From Squalus acanthias (lineage: Eukaryota): 64,000 bases of DNA. The notes under the pieces were generated by a model, which was not told the origin of the DNA, ran no database searches, and saw only the letters and a list, made by a program, of their open reading frames with translations. Positions 38,533-50,500 of the stretch are shown one piece after another. The stretch lies in assembly GCA_030390025.1 (NCBI GenBank), contig JASTWF010000035.1, forward strand, positions 2,666,001-2,730,000, in the 5' to 3' direction. Both the position numbers and the translations under genes were made by a program. Position 1 is the stretch's first letter, and each line of letters begins with the position of its first letter.

Positions 38533-41500
38533 GTCCCAAGAGCTGCTGCTCATTTTGCATCCAGGTCCTCTCACACCAAAAGCCAGGCAGTCTCTGACCT
38601 GACCTGCAATGCTGCAGCAATGATGGCATCATCAGAGGCGACTTTCAGACTGAAACCACTAATTAGTTCATGGGTTCCCACATGCTGGAACTCAATTGCC
38701 CAATTAAGTGAAAATTGCATCAATCTCCCACATCCAAATGCATTCGGGTGGATAACACGAAATGCGGATGACACGACCCCAACCCGCCCCAGTATCAAAA
38801 TCCAGCCCAATGTGTTTGATTAATTTCCCGGCCATTTCCTTATTCCCCATTATAATTTCTCCTGTCTCAGCCTATAAGGGACCCACATTTACTTTCGCTA
38901 ATCTTTTCCTTTTTACATACCTATAGAAGCTTTTACAGTCTGCTTTTATGTCTCTCGCTAGTTTACTCTCATATTCTATTTCCCTTTCATTATCATTTTC
39001 TTGGCCCTCCTTTGCTGAATTCTAAAATCCTCCCAATCCTCAGGCTTATTACTCTTTTTGGCAACATTATAAGCCTCTTCCTTTGATCTAATACTATCTT
39101 TAATTTCTCTTGTTAGCCACGGTTGGACCACTTTTCCTGTGGGGTTTTTGTGCCTTAAAGGAAAGTATATTTGTTGTAAATTATGTATTAATTCTTTAAA
39201 TGCTAGCCATTGCTTGTCTACCGTCATACGCTTTAATGTAGTTTCCCAATCTACCTTAGCCAACTCCAAAGCTAGAATTCCCTGGATGGCGAAAGAGATA
39301 TAGAGTAAGATAAAGCAGAAAAAAGGGGCGTATGACAGATGTCAGGTTGAGAATACAAGTGAGAACCAGGCTGAATACAGAAAGTTCAGAGGGGAAGTGA
39401 AAAAGGAAATAAGAGGGGCAAAGAAGGGAGTATGAGAATAGACTGGCAGCGAACATAAAAGTGAATCCAGAAGTCTGCTATAGACATATAAATAGTAAAC
39501 AGGTAGTAAGAGGAGGAGTGGAGCCGATTAGGGACCAAAAAGGAGACCTACGCATGGAGGCAGAGGTCATGGCTGAGGTACTAAATGAGTACTTTGCATC
39601 TGTCTTTACCAAGGAAGAAGATGCTGCCAAAGTCATAGTGAAAGGGGAGGTCGTTGAGATATTGGATGGGATAAAAATTGATAAAGAGGAGGTACTAGAG
39701 AGGCTGACTGTACTTAAAGAAGATAAGTCACCAGGACCGGATGTGATGCATCCTAGGATGCTGAGGGAAGTAAAGAGTAATTCAGGAAAGAATAAATTTA
39801 AAAGCAGCAAGAGACATGTCAAGGCTCTAGAGCAGAGTTGAGTTTGGGGTAAAAATAAGCAGAGTGGGTCAGGAAGGGACAGAGTGAGTAACAAAGGTAA
39901 TAGGGCATCAGTGACTAAGGTGACATCAGGGAAAAATAGAAAAATGTCAAAGCTAAAGGCACTATATCTGAATGTGCGAAGCATTTGCAACAAAATAGAT
40001 GAATTAATAGCGCAGGTAGAAATGAATAGGTTTGATCTAATAGCCATTACGGAGACGTGGTTGCAAAGTGACCGAGGTTGGGAACTAAACATTGCAGGAT
40101 ACTTAACTTTTAGAAGAGATAGGCAAAATGGAAAAGGAGGAGGGGTAGCCCTGATAATAAACAATGGGATAAAGACAGTAGAGAGAAAGGGGGAAAAATT
40201 AGGTCGCGCCCCATTTGGGGCGCAAATATCGTCTGGACGCAAAAATTTGCGCCTGGCGCTAATTATCGGCACTGACTGCAAACTTCACTTTTACCGCCCC
40301 GGGAGGTGACTGGAGCGCTAAATCAGGCGCTGCACACCTGTCTTAAGGCGCAAAGGCCGAGCAGTGAGGCGCTAACTCAGCGCGCGAGCGCAGCGCAGGT
40401 GCTGCCAGTTAGCGAGGGAACACAGACACACTGGCGCCGGCCAGTTCTTAAAGGGGGGGGCCAACTTGCTCCCCAGCCACACCCTGCTCATTGCAGCCTT
40501 GAATCTCGGCCTGGAGAGACCTGTGAATCCATTTTGCTGCCAAGGATGGAGAGGGTGAGAGAACGAGCTCAGCGCTTCACCGAGCGGGCCTTGGATGCTC
40601 TGGTTGGCGCGGTGGAGCGCAGAAGATCTATACTCTTCCCTGAGAGTGGCAGGAGGCCTTTGCCACGCGAGTACAGAAGAGTGTGGAGGGAGGTGGCTCA
40701 GATCGTCTCCTCCAGGAGCATGGTGCCCAGGACCCATGTTCAATGCCGCAAAAAGTTCAACGACCTCACTCGGGTCGTCAGGGTGAGTGGCTTTTTCTCA
40801 ATACCTCTCCATCCCTCCATCTCAATCTCACTCTATGGCCAGAGGGTCTTAAAACCCCAATGCACAACACTCATCCAACACCTATGGCCCTTTCATGAAA
40901 CACACACACACATTCCACACTTTGCATACAGTAAGGGCTATTCACCTATGGGAGGCACATCAGGCAAGACCATGGCTGCATACAGTAAGGGCTATTCACC
41001 TATGGGAGGCACATCAGGCAAGACCATGGCTGTATATTTACTCAGATGCTGTCCTTTTTCTTGCAGGCCAAGCTGGCGCATAATAGGAGACAGCAGCAAC
41101 GGACAGGTGGAGGGCGGCCTCAGCTGCAACCCCTCAGCGATCTTGAGGAGCGCGTCCACAGGATTGTGGCAAGCCGGGTGATCGGTCCCGTCGCCACTGG
41201 AGACGCCGACCCCGTCCTGGACAGCAATGGTAAGGTCATCACCTTTTTGTCCTCTGTCCTTCCACTTGTCCCTCACAACACCAGCCTTTGACACTTTCAA
41301 TCCAACTTGCTAACTCGCTGCACTTATTCCTCCCTTACTGCCACCCTGTCCTCACGCTAAAGCCACTCTTGTACCTCCCTGCTTTCAGATGGTGATTCAC
41401 CAGCTGAGGAGACGGGCCCTGAAGCTGCCAGTGGGAGTGAAGCTGCAGCCGAGGAGGAAGAGGAAGCCGGAGCATCAGTGCCACCCTCTCCCGAGGAAGC

Positions 41501-44500
41501 CCATGCCCACACTGGGAACACGCCTTCCCTGGAGGGGAGCAGGGGGGAAGGGTCTGATGAGGGTGAAGCTCCAGGACCCAGCGGGCTGCAGCAACGCCAT
41601 GGGGGTAGGGAAGAACGGGGGCCTTCTCCCCAGAGGGAGAGTATGCCAGCGACTCCTACTGCAATGGACGCAGAGGAGGAGCGGCTGATCACAGAAATGA
41701 ACACCCAGGCGGTGGGCATGCACACTGAGCTCATGGGTGCAGTGGGAAGGGTGCCCGAATGCATTGAGTCACTGGCAAGGAGTGTGGAGCACTTCGCTGT
41801 AGCACAGGCGGATGCCACACTAACGCTTAGTGCTGCAATTCAGTCACTGACTGCCGTGATCCCATCTCTGACTGCTCTCATGCAGACTCAGATTGAGGCC
41901 ACGCGAGCACTGACTGCTGCCAACCTCGATGGTTCGTTCACATGTCCCCGGGGCTCTCACCGCGCCGCAGCAGGCCAGCAATCTGTGCTCCAGCAGATTG
42001 CTCCGGATGCTGAAGTGCTGCCCCGTGGGAGTGCCAGTGTGTCGGTCGAGCAGGGAGTTGCTGTCCTCTCTCACGATGACAGCATTCCTGCTGCCAACAC
42101 TGTCACTTCTCCACTGCACTTGCCACCGCCTGTAGGACAGACTGCTGCCGCCCATGCAGAGTTGGTGCAGTCTGCAGCCGGGCCCTCCAGGCCCAGAACT
42201 GGTCGAGGCCGTCCTTCAGGGGCATCTGCAGTGTCAGGGTGTGACAATCAGCAGCCTTCCACCAGCCTTGCTGCAGCCACTGAGGTCCCATTACGGAGGA
42301 GCAGTAGGGTTAGAAGGGGGGAAGTGCGCAAGGGAAGGAGATCACCCTCGAAGGGCAAAAAGAAGGAGGTGTGACAAAATGCTGGTCATTTTTTTATTAA
42401 AGGCCGAGGTTCATGGTCCAACTTTTGTTTAGTGTTTTGGACATTATCTCCAGGTTGTGAGAACCAGTTATGTTAATGACTGTTTTTTTGTGTTTATTTC
42501 TATGAGTTTGTCATGAGGAAATGACACACACAGAGTTTGTAAAATAAATAAGTTTTTGTATTCAAAATATACATGTTTGGTGTTTGGAATCATTGGTGCC
42601 TTGGCCGGCTTAGGGGTTGCGTGCTGGGTTCATTGATGTTGTTAGCAATGGCAGAAGCCATTTCCACAGCAGGGGCCCTAGAAGCGGCTTGCTATCAGCC
42701 GTTGACGGACGGCCCTTGCAGTTTCACCATTGTGGGCCGCCCTCCCGCCTTGGTGCTGCTGATGATCATCCTCCTCGTCCTCTTCCTCCTCTTCCTCCTC
42801 CTCCTCTGGTGGTGCTCCAAGGCCTGGTGGCATTGGCTGGGTCCTGACGATTGCCATGTTATGCAACATGCAGCACACAACTACGAAGTTGGATACTCGC
42901 TCAGGCGAGTACTGCAGGGCTCCTCCAGAATGGTCGAGACAGCGGAACCGTTGCTTCAGCACGCCGATTGTGCGCTCAATGATGTTCCTGGTAGCTTGAT
43001 GGCTCTCGTTGTACCGCAGCTCAGCAGGGGTGTTGGGCGTACGGAGCGGTGTCATCAGCCAGGTGCTCAATGGATACCCCTTGTCCCCGAGAAGCCAACC
43101 AACTGGCTGATGCGGTGCCTCGAAAAGTTCTGCCACAGTAGTCTGGCGCAGGATGAAAGCATCGTGGCAGCTGCCAGGATAGTGGGCATTGACAGCGAGT
43201 ATCAGCTGTCTGTGGTCACAGACCAACTGAACATTCAAGGAATGGAACCCCTTTCTGTTCCGGAATTCCTCGGCATTCTCATGTGGAGCACGCAAAGCCA
43301 CATGCGTGCAGTCAATGGCGCCCTGCACCATGGGGAAGCCCGCTATCCTCGCAAAGCCCAGAGCGCGGTCACGCTGCTTGTCTGGGGTCATGGGGAAAGA
43401 GATGAACTCTCGTCTCCTTTTAAAGAGGGCATTTGTGACCTGCCGGATGCAGCAATGCACCGCGAACTGGGAGATATTGGCGAGGTCCCCAGCAGCAGCT
43501 TGAAATGAGCCAGTAGCATAGAAGTTGAGAGCCACTGTGACCTTCACTGCCACCGACAGAGACATCCTGGACCTCAGTTGAGGCTGCAGATCTGGCTGCA
43601 GCAGGTGGCAGAGCTCAGTGACCACCTCCTTGCTGAATCGCAGCCTTCGCAAACACAGCTCCTCAGACATATGAATGTAGGAGAGCTGTTCACGATATAC
43701 CCTGGGAGGGTAAGCTCTCCTGTACATACGCCTGTTGGCCCTCCTCCGTCTGGCCATCATTGCCACTTTCTCTCTGCGTCTCTGTGTCCTCCGATTCAGC
43801 TGGAGCAGGACGACGCCCCCATTCAGTGCAGCCCCCATAGTCTCTTTGCAAGCAAAGTTATGAAGGACAGCAACCAAAGTACAAGCGAAGTTAGGATCAG
43901 TAGGCAAAACTACCTCACAAAGCGTTGACTCAATGCAGAAGTCTCTCTCTCAGAACGAGTGGTGCAAAAATGTCAACCACAGAAAAAGACAGGAAGAGGC
44001 CCCCTTTAAATAGCGCCCCCCCCAGCCCCACAGCGATTGATAGCGTTCCAGTCTTCCGGTTGTTGGATGCGCCAGGCGGTAAGGCAGGGGGCGCCACTCA
44101 ATTTCCACTCCGGGGCGCCACAAGGGCGTTGCACCATGGAATGACGTCACAATCTGCGCGCGCAGGTGGTCGCGGCGGTAAAGTTTAGCGCCGCCGCACA
44201 ATGTCTAGTTAAGTTCCCGAGCGGCGCAAACATCGCTGCGCCCGGGCGCTAGCGGCTTTGCGCCCCATTAGCGCCCTCTTAAGGCGCTAACAGGAGGCAC
44301 AACCAACTGAATTTTTCCCCCAAAGGATCTTAGCTGCGAAAATCAAGAAGTAGAATCAGTTTGGGTGGAGCTAAGAATCAGCAAGGGGCAGAAAACATTA
44401 GTGGGGGTTGTTTATAGGCTGCCAAGCAATAGTTGTAATGTAGGGCAGAGTATAAATCAGGAAATTAGAGGCGCATGTAACAAGGGTAATACAGTGATGA

Positions 44501-47500
44501 TGAGGGACTTTAATCTACATATAGACTGGGCAAACCAAATTTGCAGTAATAGTGTGGAGGACGAATTCATGGAATAGATAGTTTTCTAGATCAGTATGTT
44601 GAGGAACCAACTAAGGAACAGGCTGTTTTAGATCTAGTATTGTGCAATGAGAAAGGGCTAATTAATAACCTTGTAGTAAATGGGCCTTTAGGGAAGAGTG
44701 AACATAATATGATAGAATTTTATATTGAGTTTGAAAATGATTTAGTTAAATCCAAAACTAGGGTCTTAAATCTAAACAAAGCAAACTACGTAGGTATGAG
44801 GGGTGAGTTGGCTAAGGTAGATTGGGAAACTACATTAAAAGGTATGACGGAAGACAAGCAATGGCTAGCATTTAAAGAATTAATACATCATATACTACAA
44901 ATATACATTTCTTTAAGGCACAAAAACCCCACAGGAAAAGTGGTCTAACAGTGGCTAACAAGAGCAGTTGAAGATAGTATTAGATTAAAGGAAGAGGTTT
45001 ATAATGTTGCCAAAAAGAGTAGTAAGCCTGAGGATTGGGAGGATTTTAGAATTCAGCAAAGGAGGACCAAGAAATTGATAAGGAAAGAGAAAAAGAATAT
45101 GAGTAAATTAGCAAGAGACATAAAAACAGATTGTAAACATTTCTATCGGTATGTAAATAGGAAGAGATTAGTGAAAGTAACCGTGGGCCCATTCGAGGCA
45201 GAGACAGGGGAAATTATAATGGGCAATAAGGAAATGGCAGAGACATTAAACAAATACTTTGTATCTGTCTTCACAGTAGAAGACACAAAAAACATTCCAG
45301 AAATAATGGGGAACCAAGGGTCTAGAGAGACTGAGGAACTTAAAGAAATCAGTATAAGTAAAGATATAGTACTGGAGAAATTAATGGGACTAAGTGGCGA
45401 CAAATCCCCTGGACCTGACGACCTGCATCCTAGGGTTTTAAAAGAGGGAGCTGCAGAGATAGTGGATGCACTGGTATTAATCTTCCAGAATTCCCTAGAT
45501 TCTAGAACAGTCCCCAAGGATTGGAAGGTAGCAAACATAACCCCGCTATTTAAGAAAGGAGGAAGAGAAAAAACAGGGAACTATAGGCCAGTTAGACTGA
45601 CATCAGTATTAGGCAAAATGTTAGAATCTATTATTAGGGAAGTAGTAACAGGGCACTTAGAAAATCATAATATGATCAGGCAGAGTCAACATGGTTTTAT
45701 GAAAGGGAAATCGTGTTTACAAATCTGTTAGAGTTTTTTGAAGATGTCACTAGTAGGATGGATAAGGAGGAACCACAATATATATTAAATATTAATGATC
45801 TAGATGAGGGAACTAGATGTAATATCTCTAAGTTTGCAGACGACACAAAGCTAGGTGGGCGTGTGTGCTGTGAGGAGGATGCAGAGAAACTACAGTATGA
45901 TTTGGACAGGTTGGGTGATTGGGCAGAAGCATGGCAGATGCAGTATAATGTGGATAAATGCGTAGTTATCCACTTTGGTGGCAAAAACAGGAAGACAGAT
46001 TATTATCTGAACGGCAATAGATTGGGAGAAGGGGAAGTGCAACGAGATCTGGGAGTCCTTGTGCACCAGTCGCTGAAGGCAACCATGCAGGTGCAGCAGG
46101 CGGTTAAGAAGGCAAATGGTATGTTGGCCTTCATAGCGAGAGGATTCGAGTACAGGAGCAAGGATGTCTTGCTGCAGTTGTACAAGGCCTTGGTATGACC
46201 ATACCTTGAGTATTGTGTGCAGTTTTGGTCGCCTTATCTGAGGAAGGATGTTCTTGCCATGGAGGGAGTGCAGCGAAGATTTACCAGACTGATACCTGGG
46301 ATGGCAGGAATGACGTATGAAGAGAGATTGGGTCGATTAGGCTTATATTCGCCAGAGTTTAGAAGAATGAGAGGGGATCTCATTGAAACTTATAAAATTC
46401 TAACCGGACTAGACAGACTAGATGCAGGAAGGATGTTCCCGATGGCGGGGGAGTCCAGAACCAGGGGTCACAGTCTAAGGATAAGGGGCAAGCCATTTAG
46501 GACTGAGATGAGGAGGAATTTCTTCACCCAGAGAGTGGTGAAACTGTGGAATTCTCTACCACAGAAGGCAGTTGAGGCCAATTCATTAAATATATTCAAG
46601 AGGGAGATAGATATATTTTTTAAGGCTAAAGGGATCAAGGGATATGGGGAGATAGCAGGCACAGGGTACTGAATTTGGATGATCAGCCATGTTCTCATTA
46701 AATGGCGGAGCAGGCTCGAGGGGCCGAATGGCCTACTCCTGCTCCTATCTTCTATCTTTCTATGCTTCTGTCTCTCAGTGTGTTCTGACTCTCAGTGTGT
46801 GTTCTGTCTCTCAGTGTGTTCTGTCTCTCAGTGTGTGTTCTGTCTCTCAGTGTGTGTTCTGTCTCTCAGTGTGTTCTGTCCCTCAGTGTGTGTTCTGTCC
46901 CTCAGTGTGTGTTCTGTCTCTCAGTGTGTGTTCTGTCTCTCAGTGTGTTCTGTCCCTCAGTGTGTGCTCTGTCCCTCAGTGTGTGTTCTGTCTCTCAGTG
47001 TGTGTTCTGTCTCTCAGTGTGTGTTCTGTCCCTCAGTGTGTTCTGTCTCTCAGTGTGTTCAGTCCCTCAGTGTGTTCTGTCTCTGTGTGTGTGTTCTGTC
47101 CCTCAGTGTGTGTTCTGTCCCTCAGTGTGTGTTCAGTCCCTCAGTGTGTGTTCTGTCCCTCAGTGTGTGTTCTGTCCCTCAGTGTGTGTTCTGTCCCTCA
47201 GTGTGTGTTCAGTCCCTCAGTGTGTGTTCAGACCCTCAGTGTGTGTTCTGTCCCTCAGTGTGTGTTCTGTCCCTCAGTGTGTGTTCTGTCTCTCAGTGTG
47301 TATTCTGTCCCTCAGTGTGTTCTGTCTCTCAGTGTGTTCTGTCTCTCAGTGTGTGTTCTGTCTCTCAGTGTGTTCTGTCTCTCAGTGTGTGTTCTGTCTC
47401 TCAGTGTGTGTACTGTCTCTCAGTGTGTTCTGTCCCTCAGTGTGTGTTCTGTCTCTCAGTGTGTTCTGTCTCTCAGTGTGTGTTCTGTCTCTCAGTGTGT

Positions 47501-50500
47501 TCTGTCCCTCAGTGTGTGTTCTGTCCCTCAGTGTGTTCTGTCTCTCAGTGTGTTCTGTCTCTCAGTGTGTTCTGTCCCTCAGTGTGTGTTCTGTCTCTCA
47601 GTGTGTGTTCTGTCCCTCAGTGTGTGTTCTGTCTCTTGGTGTGTGTTCTGTATCTCAGTGTGTGTTCTGTCCCTCAGTGTGTGTTCTGTCCCTCAGTGTG
47701 TGTTCTGTCTCTCAGTGTGTGTTCTGTCCCTCAGTGTGTGTTCTGTCTCTCAGTGTGTGTTCTGTCTCTCAGTGTGTGTTCAGTCCCTCAGTGTGTGTTC
47801 TGTCCCTCAGTGTGTTCTGTCCCTCAGTGTGTTCTGTCCCTCAGTGTGTGTTCTGTCCCTCAGTGTGTTCTGTCCCTCAGTGTGTGTTCTGTCTCTCAGT
47901 GTGTGTTCTGTCTCTCAGTGTGTGTTCTGTCCCTCAGTGTGTTCTGTCTCTCAGTGTGTGTTCTGTCCCTCAGTGTGTGCTCTGTCCCTCAGTGTGTTCT
48001 GTCTCTCAGTGTGTGTTCTGTCCCTCATTGTGTTCTGTCTCTCAGTGTGTTCTGTCTCTCAGTGTGTGTTCTGTCTCTTGGTGTGTGTTCTGTCTCTCAA
48101 TGTGTGTTCTGTCCCTTTGTGTGTGTTCTGTCCCTCAGTGTGTGCTCTGTCTCTCAGTGTGTGTTCTGTCTCTCAGTGTGTGTTCAGTCCCTCAGTGTGT
48201 GTTCTGTCCCTCAGTGTGTTCTGTCTCTCAGTGTGTTCTGTCTCTCAGTGTGTGTCTTGTCTCTCAGTGCGTGTTCAGTCCCTCAGTGTGTGTTCTGTCT
48301 CTCAGTGTGTGTTCTGTCTCTCAGTGTGTGTTCTGTCTCTCAGTGTGTGTTCTGTCTCTCAGTGTGTTCTGTCCCTCAGTGTGTTCTGTCCCTCAGTGTG
48401 TGTTGTCTCTCAGTGTGTGTTCTGTCTCTCAGTGTGTGTTGTCTCTCAGTGTGTGTTCTGTCCCTCTGTGTTCTGTCTCTCAGTGTGTTCTGTCTCTCAG
48501 TGTGTGTTCTGTCCCTCAGTGTGTGTTCTGTCCCTCAGTGTGTTCTGTCCCTCAGTGTGTGTTCTGTCTCTCAGTGTGTGTTCTGTCTCTCAGTGTGTTC
48601 TGTCCCTCAGTGTGTGTTCTGTCCCTCAGTGTGTTCTGTCCCTCAGTGTGTTCTGTCTCTCGGTGTGTTCTGTCCCTCGGTGTGTTCTGTCCCTCAGTGT
48701 GTTCTGTCCCTCAGTGTGTTCTGTCTCTCAGTGTGTTCTGTCCCTCGGTGTGTTCTGTCCCTCAGTGTGTTCTGTCTCTCAGTGAGTTCTGTCCCTCAGT
48801 GTGTTCTGTCCCTCAGTGTGTTCTGTCTCTCAGTGTGTTCTGTCCCTCAGTGTATTCTGTCCCTCAGTGTGTTCTGTCCCTCAGTGTGTTCTGTCCCTCA
48901 GTGTGTGTTCAGTCCCTCAGTGTGTGTTCTGTCCCTCAGTGTGTTCTGTCTCTCAGTGTGTTCTGTCTCTCAGTGTGTGTTCTGTCCCTCAGTGTATTCT
49001 GTCCCTCAGTGTGTTCTGTCCCTCAGTGTGTTCTGTCCCTCAGTGTGTGTTCAGTCCCTCAGTGTGTTCTGTCCCTCAGTGTGTTCTGTCCCTCAGTGTG
49101 TGTTCTGTCCCTCAGTGTGTTCTGTCCCTCAGTGTGTGTTCTGTCCCTCAGTGTGTGTTCTGTCTCTCAGTGTGTTCTGTCTCTCAGTGTGTGTTCTGTC
49201 TCTCAGTGTGTGTTCTGTCTCTCAGTGTGTGTTCAGTCCCTCAGTGTGTTCTGTCTCTCAGTGTGTGTTCTGTCTCTCAGTGTGTGTTCTGTCTCTCAGT
49301 GTGAGTTCAGTCCCTCAGTGTGTGTTCTGTCCCTCAGTGTGTTCTGTCTCTCAGTGTGTGTTCTGTCTCTCAGTGTGTGTTCTGTCCCTCAGTGTGTTCT
49401 GTCCCTCAGTGTGTTCTGTCCCTCAGTGTGTGTTCTGTCCCTCAGTGTGTTCTGTCTCTCAGTGTGTGTTCTGTCTCTCAGTGTGTGTTCTGTCTCTCAG
49501 TGTGTGTTCTGTCCCTCAGTGTGTTCTGTCTCTCAGTGTGTGTTCTGTCTCTCGGTGTGTGTTCTGTCTCTCAGTGTGTGTTCTGTCCCTCAGTGTGTGT
49601 TCTGTCTCTCAGTGTGTGTTCTGTCTCTCAGTGTGTGTTCTGTCCCTCAGTGTGTTCTGTCCCTCAGTGTGTGTTCTGTCTCTCAGTGTGTTCTGTCCCT
49701 CAGTGTGTTCTGTCTCTCGGTGTGTTCTGTCCCTCGGTGTGTTCTGTCCCTCAGTGTGTTCTGTCTCTCAGTGTGTTCTGTCCCTCGGTGTGTTCTGTCC
49801 CTCAGTGTGTTCTGTCTCTCAGTGTGTTCTGTCCCTCAGTGTGTTCTGTCCCTCAGTGTGTGTTCAGTCCCTCAGTGTGTTCTGTCCCTCAGTCTGTGTT
49901 CTGTCCCTCAGTGTGTTCTGTCTCTCAGTGTGTGTTCTGTCCCTCAGTGTGTTCTGTCTCTCAATGTGTTCTGTCCCTCAGTGTGTGTTCTGTCCCTCAG
50001 TGTGTTCTGTCCCTCAGTGTGTGTTCAGTCCCTCAGTGTGTTCTGTCCCTCAGTGTGTGTTCTGTCCCTCAGTGTGTTCTGTCTCTCAATGTGTTCTGTC
50101 CCTCAGTGTGTGTTCTGTCTCTCAGTGTGTGTTCTGTCTCTCAGTGTGTGTTCTGTCTCTCAGTGTGTGTTCTGTCCCTCAGTGTGTGCTCTGTCCCTCA
50201 GTGTGTTCTGTCTCTCAGTGTGTGTTCTGTCCCTCATTGTGTTCTGTCTCTCAGTGTGTGTTCTGTCTCTCACTGTGTTCTGTCTCTCAATGTGTGTTCT
50301 GTCCCTTTGTGTGTGTTCTGTCCCTCAGTGTGTGTTCTGTCTCTCAGTGTGTGTTCTGTCTCTCAGTGTGTGTTCAGTCCCTCAGTGTGTGTTCTGTCCC
50401 TCAGTGTGTTCTGTCTCTCAGTGTGTTCTGTCTCTCAGTGTGTGTCTTGTCTCTCAGTGCGTGTTCAGTCCCTCAGTGTGTGTTCTGTCTCTCAGTGTGT

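Larger units (their letters stand above)
34970..39265 (-). mobile_element. CR1 LINE (5'-truncated) containing two MITEs and a SINE
   Basis: 3' tail at 34970 and RT segments in ORFs 35060, 36220, 37096, 37473 and 38976, collinear once the inserts are removed. Confidence 0.88.
34125..39772 (+). mobile_element. CR1 ORF2 copy split in two (34125-34969 and 39266-39772) by a nested minus-strand CR1
   Basis: Endonuclease motifs YVNAGS, ITETWL, GVFYRPP, MGDFNYP. The sequence resumes at ccaaagctagaattccctgg near 39266, with CCAAAG present on both sides of the insert. Confidence 0.78.
40189..44321. mobile_element. Autonomous PIF/Harbinger DNA transposon (4133 bp)
   Basis: 12-bp TIRs GGGGGAAAAATT (40189-40200) and AATTTTTCCCCC (44310-44321). 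3-bp TSD AAA (40186-88 and 44322-24). Removing the element restores the CR1 endonuclease frame (TVERKDLS...ESVWVEL). Two convergent genes, a transposase and a Myb/SANT protein, as expected for Harbinger. Confidence 0.95.
39773..46765 (+). mobile_element. CR1 LINE ORF2 (endonuclease + RT + tail), degenerate, hosting the autonomous Harbinger
   Basis: LYLNVRSI, ITETWL, then after 44325 ESVWVEL, DFN, KSPGPD, FADDTKLGG and 3' tail at ~46745-46765. Internal deletion or junction near 45775. Confidence 0.9.

Noticed and set aside
42573..43508. 311-aa + strand ORF and other ORFs overlapping the Harbinger genes
   Set aside because: Antisense shadows of GC-rich coding sequence with no recognisable motifs.
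42678..43907. Domesticated host gene HARBI1 (and NAIF1/MSANTD for the Myb ORF)
   Set aside because: The ORFs lie between TIRs with a TSD inside a CR1 and have MITE relatives nearby, so this is a transposon rather than the domesticated locus.
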